Shown: positions 9,788-17,670 of the stretch, piece after piece
Layout of the letters: every line of letters begins with the position of its first letter
How positions within the stretch are numbered: the stretch's first letter is position 1
Assembly: GCA_033763315.1 (NCBI GenBank)
Contig: JANRKS010000019.1
Location: forward strand, 224,001 to 288,000
Source of the DNA: Deltaproteobacteria bacterium
GTDB taxonomy: Bacteria; Myxococcota_A; Polyangia; Fen-1088
Direction of reading: 5' to 3'
Length of the DNA stretch: 64,000 bases
Notes under the pieces: generated by a model
Told to the model about the DNA's origin: nothing
Seen by the model: only the letters and a program-made list of their open reading frames with translations
The model's database searches: none
Made by a program: the position numbers and the translations under genes

Positions 9788-10900
9788 ATGTCCAAGCACG
9801 TAGGCATCATTGGCTGGCGCGGCATGGTGGGATCCGTGCTCCTCGACCGCATGGTTGAAGAGCGCGATTTTGATCACATCCAGGCGCACTTTTTCTCGAC
9901 CTCCCAAACGGGCCAAGCGGGCCCCACGGTGGGCGGGAAAGCCACGGGCGCTTTGCAAGATGCCAATTCCATCGCGGCGTTGGCCAAGATGGACATCCTG
10001 ATTAGCTGCCAAGGCGGCGATTACACAAAGCAGGTGCACCCCGCGCTGCGCGCCGCCGGTTGGCGCGGCTATTGGATCGACGCCGCAAGCACGCTGCGCA
10101 TGGAAAACGACGCGGTGATCATCTTGGATCCTGTGAACAAGGACGTGATGGCCAAGGCCATCTCAAGTGGTTGCAAGGACCTGATCGGCGGCAACTGCAC
10201 GGTAAGCTTGATGCTGATGGCCACGGCGGAACTGTTTCGCCAAGGCTGGGTGCAATGGGTGAATTCATCCACGTACCAAGCGGCATCGGGCGCGGGCGCC
10301 AAGAACATGCGTGAACTTGTGGCGCAGATGCGCATGATTGGCCAAGAGGCATCGGCCTTGGTGGATGATCCAGCCGCGTCGGCCTTGGTGCTCGACAAGC
10401 GCGTGACCGACACAATTCGCAGCGCGCCGTTTCCCACAAGCGAATTCGGCGCGCCCCTGGCCGCAAGCTTGATCCCCTTCATCGACAAACCCGTGGAAGA
10501 CGGTCAATCGAAAGAAGAGTGGAAGGGCATGGTGGAAACCAACAAAATCTTGGGCTGCAACCCAGCCATTCCTGTGGATGGCGTGTGCGTGCGCGTGGGC
10601 GCGATGCGCAGCCACAGCCAAGCGTTGACGATCAAGCTCACACGTGATGTGCCGCTTGATGAAATCAACGATGCTATTCGCCGCAGCAACGATTGGGTGC
10701 GTTTGGTACCCAACACCAAGGAAGACACGCTGCGCGGCCTCAGCCCGGCGGCGGTTAGCGGCACATTGAACGTTGCCATCGGCCGTGTGCGCAAGATGAA
10801 GATGGGGCCCGATTTCTTGTCGGCATTTACGGTGGGCGATCAACTATTGTGGGGCGCGGCTGAACCGTTGCGTCGCACATTGCGCATGTTGATCGATTAA
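9788..10900 (+). CDS. asd: aspartate-semialdehyde dehydrogenase
   Basis: GWRGMVGSVL, CQGGDYT, GGNCTVSLM and GDQLLWGAAEP. Confidence 0.97.
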   Translation: MSKHVGIIGWRGMVGSVLLDRMVEERDFDHIQAHFFSTSQTGQAGPTVGGKATGALQDANSIAALAKMDILISCQGGDYTKQVHPALRAAGWRGYWIDAASTLRMENDAVIILDPVNKDVMAKAISSGCKDLIGGNCTVSLMLMATAELFRQGWVQWVNSSTYQAASGAGAKNMRELVAQMRMIGQEASALVDDPAASALVLDKRVTDTIRSAPFPTSEFGAPLAASLIPFIDKPVEDGQSKEEWKGMVETNKILGCNPAIPVDGVCVRVGAMRSHSQALTIKLTRDVPLDEINDAIRRSNDWVRLVPNTKEDTLRGLSPAAVSGTLNVAIGRVRKMKMGPDFLSAFTVGDQLLWGAAEPLRRTLRMLID

Positions 10901-12450
10901 TCGTAATACCCATCCACAAACCAATCACCGTTCTCACGATCTTGGTGCAAACGGTATAAAGCGCCGTCCGAGGCGTGCACATCCCAATAGTCCCGGCTCC
11001 AGCCTTCGTCTTTCCACCATTCGCTGCTGGTGCGGTAGGGGCCCGCGGCCACCAGGATGCGCGCGCTAAATCCGGTGCCGTGCATAGCGCTTGGCCCATC
11101 TCGGCCCATCAGAATCTCCACAGGCTGTGGTGGGCGATAACGGCGAATGCCAAGTTGTGGCGTTAACGTGTTTTGCTCCGCGGGCGCGGATGACCAACGC
11201 CACGGCACCATGTGACACTCTTCTTCTTTGAAGCTATCGGCCACTTGGGGTGCGCCCACATTTTCAGGGCCCACCAACGCCGTTAAGCGCGCGAGTGTGG
11301 CGGCCATGCGTTCAGGCGGCGGCCCCGCCGGGCGTAGAAAGTCCAACTGCACAGCACGCACGCGCGCGGGCCGCGCCAAGATCTCCGCGCCTATCACGGG
11401 CGAGGTGGGGGGGCGCCGCGCGATGTCCAAACGCAGCAGCTGCAACAATGTTTGTGCTTCACGCGTGGGCGCACCCATTTCAAGATCGCGCACGTCATAA
11501 CCGCGCGGTTCGAGCTTGAGTCGCAACGTCAAACCGTTGCACGCCAAATTGCGACAAGATAGCCGCGTCAACACGCGATCCACCAAGCCACGCAACACGA
11601 ACGCCAACGGTTCAATCGATTCAAGCGCGTAATCAAGCTCGGTGCCTTCAAGCACCGCATCGGGGGGCAACACGGGCGCAAAAGGTTCATCGTCACGCCC
11701 GGCAACCAAGCGGCGCAAGTGTGCGCCTTGCTCGCCCAAACGCAACGCCACGTCTTGCAGTGGCAGCGCCGCCAGATCGCCCAACCGCCGCACGCCCCAA
11801 CGTTGCAACTGTTCGCCCAGCTCGGCGATGGCGCGCACATCGGCCGGCAGGGCGGTGTCTTCATCACCGCTTTTGGTGAGCGCCTGCAAGCCCGCTTGCA
11901 AGGGCAGGGCGGCCAAAAACGCCGCGGCACCCGTGGGTGTGCTTGGCACCAACACGTGCTCGCCGGTGGCCCGTGTGGCGATGCGCGCGATGCCTTTGCT
12001 GCCAGCCACGGCCACGCGCACAGAAAGACCCAAGCGCGCCGCCCGCGATGTGATCGCCCGCGCAATGGCGGCTTCACCTTCGGGGTAAAGCTGCATCAGA
12101 TCTCCCACCTCGAAGAACACGCGGCCCGGTTCGGCGTCCACCCGGGGCGCAAAACTAAACCCCACATCGTTGAGCGCCGCTTGGGCCGCTTGCGTATCGG
12201 CTTCACTGCGCACCAACACCTCTAAACGATCGTCGAGCCGCGCGCTGCCCAACGCCCGCGCTTGATGCACTGTGAGTCCCTTGTGCAACCCCGCTTGCGC
12301 CGCCGCGCCTGTGAGCCCCACGATGCGTGCGCGTTCACCCGGGCCTGCCGCCAGCACGATGGCTTGTTGTTTGTGTTGCAGCCATTCCGGCGATCGCCGT
12401 AGCACCGCTTGCAATGCCAATTGAGGCGCATAGGCACAAGCCAAACGCAT
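10897..12450 (-). CDS. imuB: ImuB, catalytically inactive Y-family DNA polymerase
   Basis: Y-family-like N-terminus (AAQAGLHKGLTVHQARAL) lacking catalytic acidic residues, QLDF clamp-binding-like motif, and ImuB C-terminus GPYRTSSEWW...RDYW...WFVDGYYD. Lies downstream of imuA. Confidence 0.85.
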   Translation of the reverse strand: MRLACAYAPQLALQAVLRRSPEWLQHKQQAIVLAAGPGERARIVGLTGAAAQAGLHKGLTVHQARALGSARLDDRLEVLVRSEADTQAAQAALNDVGFSFAPRVDAEPGRVFFEVGDLMQLYPEGEAAIARAITSRAARLGLSVRVAVAGSKGIARIATRATGEHVLVPSTPTGAAAFLAALPLQAGLQALTKSGDEDTALPADVRAIAELGEQLQRWGVRRLGDLAALPLQDVALRLGEQGAHLRRLVAGRDDEPFAPVLPPDAVLEGTELDYALESIEPLAFVLRGLVDRVLTRLSCRNLACNGLTLRLKLEPRGYDVRDLEMGAPTREAQTLLQLLRLDIARRPPTSPVIGAEILARPARVRAVQLDFLRPAGPPPERMAATLARLTALVGPENVGAPQVADSFKEEECHMVPWRWSSAPAEQNTLTPQLGIRRYRPPQPVEILMGRDGPSAMHGTGFSARILVAAGPYRTSSEWWKDEGWSRDYWDVHASDGALYRLHQDRENGDWFVDGYYD

Positions 12451-12466
12451 AAACCACCTCCCGCGT

Positions 12467-13138
12467 TCAAACGGCGCGCGGCCAATGCAAAGCCACATCG
12501 CGCTTGGCATTGGTTGTTTCACCGCTGTTCCGCTCCACAACCGCCTGCGTGTGCAAATCCACGAGCAATGCCGGCGTGGCGCCGCCGCCTGCAAACCCGG
12601 GCCGCCCCGGCTGCAGCCGCAACGCCACACGCCCCAAAGCGCCCTGCGGGCGGTAAGGCGCGCCCACCACCAAAGCCGTGCGCTGTTCCGCTGCCGTGCG
12701 CTTTAAGCGCTGCCAGGCGCCCATAGGGGCTTTGGCTTGCTGATCCCCAAAATCAATCGCCAGCAAACCAAAGCCCCCTGCGCCCAACACCATATCTGCC
12801 GCTGGTAACGCCTGGACCGCGTCACACCGTACCCACAGCAAACGCACAAGGGGTACCCCCAGCGTTTGCGCCCAGCGCGGATCCAACCCGCCGCCCACAT
12901 CCACCAAAGCCGCAGCCTCCCCGGCGGCCAAGGCATTTCCCAACGACATCAACAGCAACGTCATCCTTCCACTCGACCGCGGGCCCGCCACCTCACTCAA
13001 CCCCCCCCGCGGCCATCCACCCCCAATCACCTCATCCACCACGGCCATACCCGTGCCCAGCCTCCCGCCCGTTTCCCGTTGCTCCAAAACCCGGGCTGGA
13101 ACCAGATGTGCCGCCAGAGCTGAAGACCACGTTGCCAT
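12467..13138 (-). CDS. imuA: ImuA, RecA-like mutagenesis accessory protein
   Basis: GGGWPRGGLSEVAGPRSSGRMTL (degenerate Walker A), AALVD and RLLWVR. Short RecA core. Confidence 0.85.
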   Translation of the reverse strand: MATWSSALAAHLVPARVLEQRETGGRLGTGMAVVDEVIGGGWPRGGLSEVAGPRSSGRMTLLLMSLGNALAAGEAAALVDVGGGLDPRWAQTLGVPLVRLLWVRCDAVQALPAADMVLGAGGFGLLAIDFGDQQAKAPMGAWQRLKRTAAEQRTALVVGAPYRPQGALGRVALRLQPGRPGFAGGGATPALLVDLHTQAVVERNSGETTNAKRDVALHWPRAV

Positions 13139-13152
13139 GCAAGCGATGGTAA

Positions 13153-13168
13153 CTGATCGGATGTTCAG
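13153..13168. promoter_or_regulatory. LexA (SOS) box, Myxococcus type, inside the imuA promoter
   Basis: The minus strand reads CTGAACATCCGATCAG, a near-palindrome matching CTRHAMRYBYGTTCAG with one mismatch. It sits between TTGACC (13168-13173) and TACCAT (13146-13151). Confidence 0.75.
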
Positions 13169-13256
13169 GTCAAGCGGTGGCGACGGCCTATTTCGTAGGT
13201 TGGCGAGATCACTCAGAGATCTGTTGCGTGTCCCTTTGGCGCGCTAACAGCTGCCT

Positions 13257-14066
13257 ATGAACCTACTTTATGCCGTGTTTGTGGGGGCGATGGCCGCCAG
13301 CGCTTGTCATCCCCGTGGATCACAAGTGTCGATCAACAAACCCGGTTGGCAACTTGTGTGGCACGACGAGTTTGATCAAAGCGGCCCACCGGATCCCACA
13401 CGTTGGAGCTACGAAGAAGGCTACGTGCGCAACAACGAGAAGCAGCTCTACACGCGTCGCTTGGAAAACGCGCGCGTTGAGAACGGCCAGCTCGTGCTGC
13501 AAGCGCGTAAGGGTGATCTCGAAGGGCACGCGTTTACGTCGGCCAGTTTGCACACCAAAGGCAAAGCGGAATTCACCTACGGTCGCATCGAAGTGCGCGC
13601 GCAGCTGCCGTTTGGCCGCGGTGTGTGGCCCGCGATATGGACCTTGGGCGCGCCTCCTCACCAACGGCAACAGTGGCCAGAATGTGGCGAGATCGATTTG
13701 ATGGAATACGTGGGCTTCGAACCCAACGTCATTCACACCACGATCCACACGGGCGCGTACAACCACGTTAAAGGCACGCACAAATCAGCCCACACAAAGG
13801 TGGACGTGGATCCCACCACAACGTTCAACGTCTATGCGATCGAGTGGACGCCTGAACGCATCGATTTTTTCTTCAACGAACAGCACGTGTTCACCTACGC
13901 GAACGAACACAAGACGCACGCCGAGTGGCCCTACGATGATCCTGAATACATCCTGTTGAGCCTGGCCATCGGCGGCAATTGGGGCGGCCAACACGGCATC
14001 GATGAATCCGTGTTTCCACAAGCCATGCGCGTGGACTACGTACGCGTGTGGCAACGGTCGCGGTAG
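13257..14066 (+). CDS. glycoside hydrolase family 16 (laminarinase-like), probable lipoprotein
   Basis: WQLVWHDEFD, WPAIW, catalytic GEIDLME and VDYVRVW. ASAC lipobox-like signal. Confidence 0.93.
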   Translation: MNLLYAVFVGAMAASACHPRGSQVSINKPGWQLVWHDEFDQSGPPDPTRWSYEEGYVRNNEKQLYTRRLENARVENGQLVLQARKGDLEGHAFTSASLHTKGKAEFTYGRIEVRAQLPFGRGVWPAIWTLGAPPHQRQQWPECGEIDLMEYVGFEPNVIHTTIHTGAYNHVKGTHKSAHTKVDVDPTTTFNVYAIEWTPERIDFFFNEQHVFTYANEHKTHAEWPYDDPEYILLSLAIGGNWGGQHGIDESVFPQAMRVDYVRVWQRSR

Positions 14067-14302
14067 ACGACGCTTTTGGCTAGTTCTATATCTTTAGTCG
14101 CTTGCACTTTTGTCATAGGCGACAAGAAGTGGTTATCAATCCAATAGCTTAGGGTTGCTGTCCTATAGGGCATATCCCGTCATACACATGACTTATGAGA
14201 AGCGGATTCACTCGCCAGGCCTCCGCGTTTAGAGCATGCTAACCGCCTCACTGAAGCGACTCTTTACTGAGAGCCGCTGGTCCTCTTGAGGAAGGCTGTT
14301 CG

Positions 14303-16006
14303 ATGAAGTTCCGTATCGGCTTGGCTCTAAGTGCGTGTGCAAGCGTCTTGCTATTGGGAGGCTGCTCAAGTGGTGGCGGAACCTCTGACGAAAACCAAGG
14401 CGGCGAGGGCGGTGGAGGCGGCGGTGGTGACTCGGGCGGCAACGCCGGCGGCGACGCTGGTTCTTCTTCCTCATCTGGCGGAGGCAAAGGCGGCACAGCG
14501 ACGTCGCAAGGTGGCGGTGGTGGTGCGGATGATGGCGGAAGTTCCCCGGGCTCGTTGCCGCTGTTGACCAAAGCCGTCAACGACAGCAACTGGGGCGAAG
14601 GCTTCAAAGTCGCTGTGCCCCCGGGCGTCGTGATTCTGCCTGGCGGCACTCAGTACATAGCGGGGCCCAAATTCGCTAAACCGCTCCCTGTGTGGAGCGG
14701 CATGTCCCGCACAATGAACTTGCTCAAGAGCAGCACGGCCGATAAGCGCAACACAGTTAAGATCTTGTTCTACGGACAGTCGATCACGCGACAAGAGTGG
14801 TTTGTCACTGTCACAGATGAGCTCAAGAAGCAGTTTCCGAATGCTGATATACAAACCTGGATGTTGGCGGCCGGCGGCATGGCCGCGGATCGAATGCGGC
14901 GCGCTTCTGAACATGATGTGATTCCTCTATATCCAGATTTGATCATCTACCAGAACTACGGCGGATACACGGACATCGACGGGATTTTGCAGGATTGGCG
15001 TTCACGGACCACCGCTGAAATCATCATTCAAAATTGGCATTTGGGCAGTGACGCTGGGAACGCCGGTGTGGACCGCATGTCGTATCTCTTCATCCCAGAT
15101 GTCGCTCGCCGCTTGGGTGCCGAGTTCCTCGATTCGCGCACGGCGTTCAAGGAATATATTGCCGCCAAGAACCTTTCGAATACAGGCCTTACCGGGGATG
15201 GCATCCATCTCAATGCCGAGGGCATGACGGTGATGGCCAAGCTTCATGTTGATCTGTTCAAGAACTATCCAGCCGCCACCGTGACCGATCCACTGGCGAT
15301 GGTGAATACGTTCGAGGTTGGTAAAGATGTGAAGTGGAACGGCGGCACTTTGGCGTTCGAGTTCGAAGGCAATCGAGTTGATCTTATTGTGAGCAACGGC
15401 TCTATGGTTGCGGCTGAGGCCGCCACAATTCTTGTCGATGGAAAGAAGCCCTCAGAATTTCCAGGAAACTACGCGTTCACGCGGCCCAATGGGGATGGCA
15501 AGAACATCAACAAGCCCGAGCCAGGTTGGCCTTGGACACCAGGGGCGGTGATGCGCGTGGATTCCATGGCTGCACGCGTGGTTGAGGATTGGACACTGAA
15601 AATCACCAATCGCAATGGCTCTAATTTCTCGTTCACAGTTGAAGGTTCTGTTACGGGGCCTGATGGCGGCGGGATGGTTATGGGCGCCAACGGCACAGGT
15701 ACAGGAACGACGTCGTTCGTATCGAATTCCAAGCGGGTCGTGATCAAGCCGAGCGACTGGCAGTTCGAAGGCGCGATGAAGGAATGGAACCTTGCCACCA
15801 ACCAGGTCGTTTGGAAGTCAATCGCTTTGTCCACGGATGTGTTCCCACCGAAAGCTGTGAATGCCTCAGACAGCAAGATCGAGTATGCCGTGACGTTGTT
15901 TCAGGGCCTGCCAAACGGGAAGCATAAAGTCGAGATCAAGACCAAGGACGGCAAGTCATTGCCGCTCGCCTCGGTTAGAACTTTCAGACCGCCGCTGAAG
16001 TTGTAG
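14303..16006 (+). CDS. lipoprotein with SGNH/GDSL hydrolase domain and C-terminal beta-rich domain
   Basis: LGGC lipobox, Gly/Ser linker, block I FYGQSIT and block V DGIHLN. Confidence 0.75.
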   Translation: MKFRIGLALSACASVLLLGGCSSGGGTSDENQGGEGGGGGGGDSGGNAGGDAGSSSSSGGGKGGTATSQGGGGGADDGGSSPGSLPLLTKAVNDSNWGEGFKVAVPPGVVILPGGTQYIAGPKFAKPLPVWSGMSRTMNLLKSSTADKRNTVKILFYGQSITRQEWFVTVTDELKKQFPNADIQTWMLAAGGMAADRMRRASEHDVIPLYPDLIIYQNYGGYTDIDGILQDWRSRTTAEIIIQNWHLGSDAGNAGVDRMSYLFIPDVARRLGAEFLDSRTAFKEYIAAKNLSNTGLTGDGIHLNAEGMTVMAKLHVDLFKNYPAATVTDPLAMVNTFEVGKDVKWNGGTLAFEFEGNRVDLIVSNGSMVAAEAATILVDGKKPSEFPGNYAFTRPNGDGKNINKPEPGWPWTPGAVMRVDSMAARVVEDWTLKITNRNGSNFSFTVEGSVTGPDGGGMVMGANGTGTGTTSFVSNSKRVVIKPSDWQFEGAMKEWNLATNQVVWKSIALSTDVFPPKAVNASDSKIEYAVTLFQGLPNGKHKVEIKTKDGKSLPLASVRTFRPPLKL

Positions 16007-16045
16007 GTGAAGGCAACGGCATGGGTATTGCCTCACTCATTTGCG

Positions 16046-16498
16046 ATGAGCCTCAATCTCAAGACTGAGCCGGTATCCCCGCCGCCCCCCAAACACATCC
16101 AGCGCGCTGAGCTTGTCGCGCGGCTTCTTGATCGACACTACCTCGATCCCATCCTCGGCTTCGTGGCCCCCGGCATGGGTGATGGGGTGGGGCTGTTGTT
16201 GGGGCTCTATATCGTGTTTGCGGCGCGGCAAGCAAAGGCGTCGCGGATGTTACAGGCGCGCATGTTGCTAAATCTGGCTGCAGATGGGCTGCTGGGTGCC
16301 GTGCCGCTGATCGGCGATTTGTTCGACATCGCGTTCAAAGCAAATACTCGTAACCTTGAGCTCCTCAAGCGAGACGATGTCACGAAACCAAAGCCCACCG
16401 ATGGTTTGGTATTGGCGCTCGCTTTCGTGCTGTTCTTAGCCGCCCTGGCCGTGCCCGTGGTGGTGTTCGTGGCCTTTGTGAAGTGGATGTTCTCCTGA
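16046..16498 (+). CDS. DUF4112-family membrane protein
   Basis: ARLLD, LDPILGFVAPGMGD and GAVPLIGDLFDIAFKANTRN. Confidence 0.85.
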   Translation: MSLNLKTEPVSPPPPKHIQRAELVARLLDRHYLDPILGFVAPGMGDGVGLLLGLYIVFAARQAKASRMLQARMLLNLAADGLLGAVPLIGDLFDIAFKANTRNLELLKRDDVTKPKPTDGLVLALAFVLFLAALAVPVVVFVAFVKWMFS

Positions 16499-16549
16499 CG
16501 CACGTTACATCATCAGGACGGTGCGTGGTGTTCTCTCCACGTGCTGCCG

Positions 16550-17041
16550 CTACTCCCGCGCGCGCCGCGATGGTCGTGCCGACGCGCGCAGCGCCCGCAT
16601 GCGATCGAGCTCCTCATCGGCGCGGCCAGCCAGCTCTCGCCACACCTGCAGCAAGGTTGCCAGATCGGCCAAGCGAGAACCCGTCAGCGAATCCACCGGC
16701 AGATCGCGCTCAAGGCATGCCATGTCGCTTTCAGGCACCACCGCCACATTGTTCAGGGCCGCCAGGCCGTCCTCAAACGAACGTGTTTGGTTGCTGCCAA
16801 ACACCGTTTGCGAAAGGTGCTCAGACAGGGTGACCGCCATCAGGTGATGGGCGCGCATGAATGCCGAGGGCGTGGGCTTGGCGATGAAGGCCTCAAGCAA
16901 GGCCACGCAAGGCTGCGCACGCTCGGCGGGCATCCGAGGCAGCGCCCACGCCGCGCGCGCATAGAGTGTGGCGGCCAAGCGTTGCGTGGGGGAGGGCACG
17001 TGTTTGGTGCGCGGCATAGACGTTTCAGAGTTGAGCATCAT
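16550..17041 (-). CDS. hypothetical helical protein (gene 4 of the MotAB-like operon)
   Basis: 163-aa ORF with ATGA overlap to the MotB-like gene. No recognised motif. Confidence 0.65.
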   Translation of the reverse strand: MMLNSETSMPRTKHVPSPTQRLAATLYARAAWALPRMPAERAQPCVALLEAFIAKPTPSAFMRAHHLMAVTLSEHLSQTVFGSNQTRSFEDGLAALNNVAVVPESDMACLERDLPVDSLTGSRLADLATLLQVWRELAGRADEELDRMRALRASARPSRRARE

Positions 17042-17670
17042 CGAGAAGCCACCGTGGTGATGGGAACAAGCAAAACTTCAATGCGGCGGTTGCGGCGCCG
17101 CGCTTCTTCTGTGTCGTTGCTCGCCCGTGGGTGGTGTTCGCCGAACCCTGCGGCCACCACCTTATCGGCGGGCACACCCGCGGTCATCAACACGCGCGAC
17201 ACAGCGACGGCACGCGCTGCCGAGAGTTCCCAATTGTTTGCGAAGCGACCGGGACGCAGCGACTTGTTATCGGTGTGGCCCCCCACCAACGCCATTTGGT
17301 TCGGTTCCGCTTTGAGCAGTTTCGCGAGTGCCTCACCCATCGTGCCGATCAGCCTTTCGCCCTCGGCCGTCAACGCGTCCGAACCCGATGCAAACAGCAC
17401 TTCGCCTTGCAAAATGACTTTGCCGCCCTCGATGTCCACCACACTGCTTGGAGCCAATGCCCGCAGGCGCCGCTCGATGCGCGCTTTCTCGTCGCGCAAG
17501 CGTGTCAGTTCATCGTCAGCCGTGCGCAGCCGCGCCAACAAACGGTGTTGTGCGAGCACGGCCACCAACATCAGCAGCACCACCGCCGCCAACACCAACG
17601 TCACGGCATCGACAAACGGCGGCCACACATTGACGGGGAACAGGCGTCGCCGCCCCACGCCGGCTCTCAT
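17038..17670 (-). CDS. MotB/ZorB-like protein (TM with conserved Asp plus OmpA-like peptidoglycan-binding domain)
   Basis: NVWPPFVDAVTLV TM (Asp21), short coiled coil, VLFASGSD, GHTDN, NWELSAARA and NRRIE. Confidence 0.88.
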   Translation of the reverse strand: MRAGVGRRRLFPVNVWPPFVDAVTLVLAAVVLLMLVAVLAQHRLLARLRTADDELTRLRDEKARIERRLRALAPSSVVDIEGGKVILQGEVLFASGSDALTAEGERLIGTMGEALAKLLKAEPNQMALVGGHTDNKSLRPGRFANNWELSAARAVAVSRVLMTAGVPADKVVAAGFGEHHPRASNDTEEARRRNRRIEVLLVPITTVASR

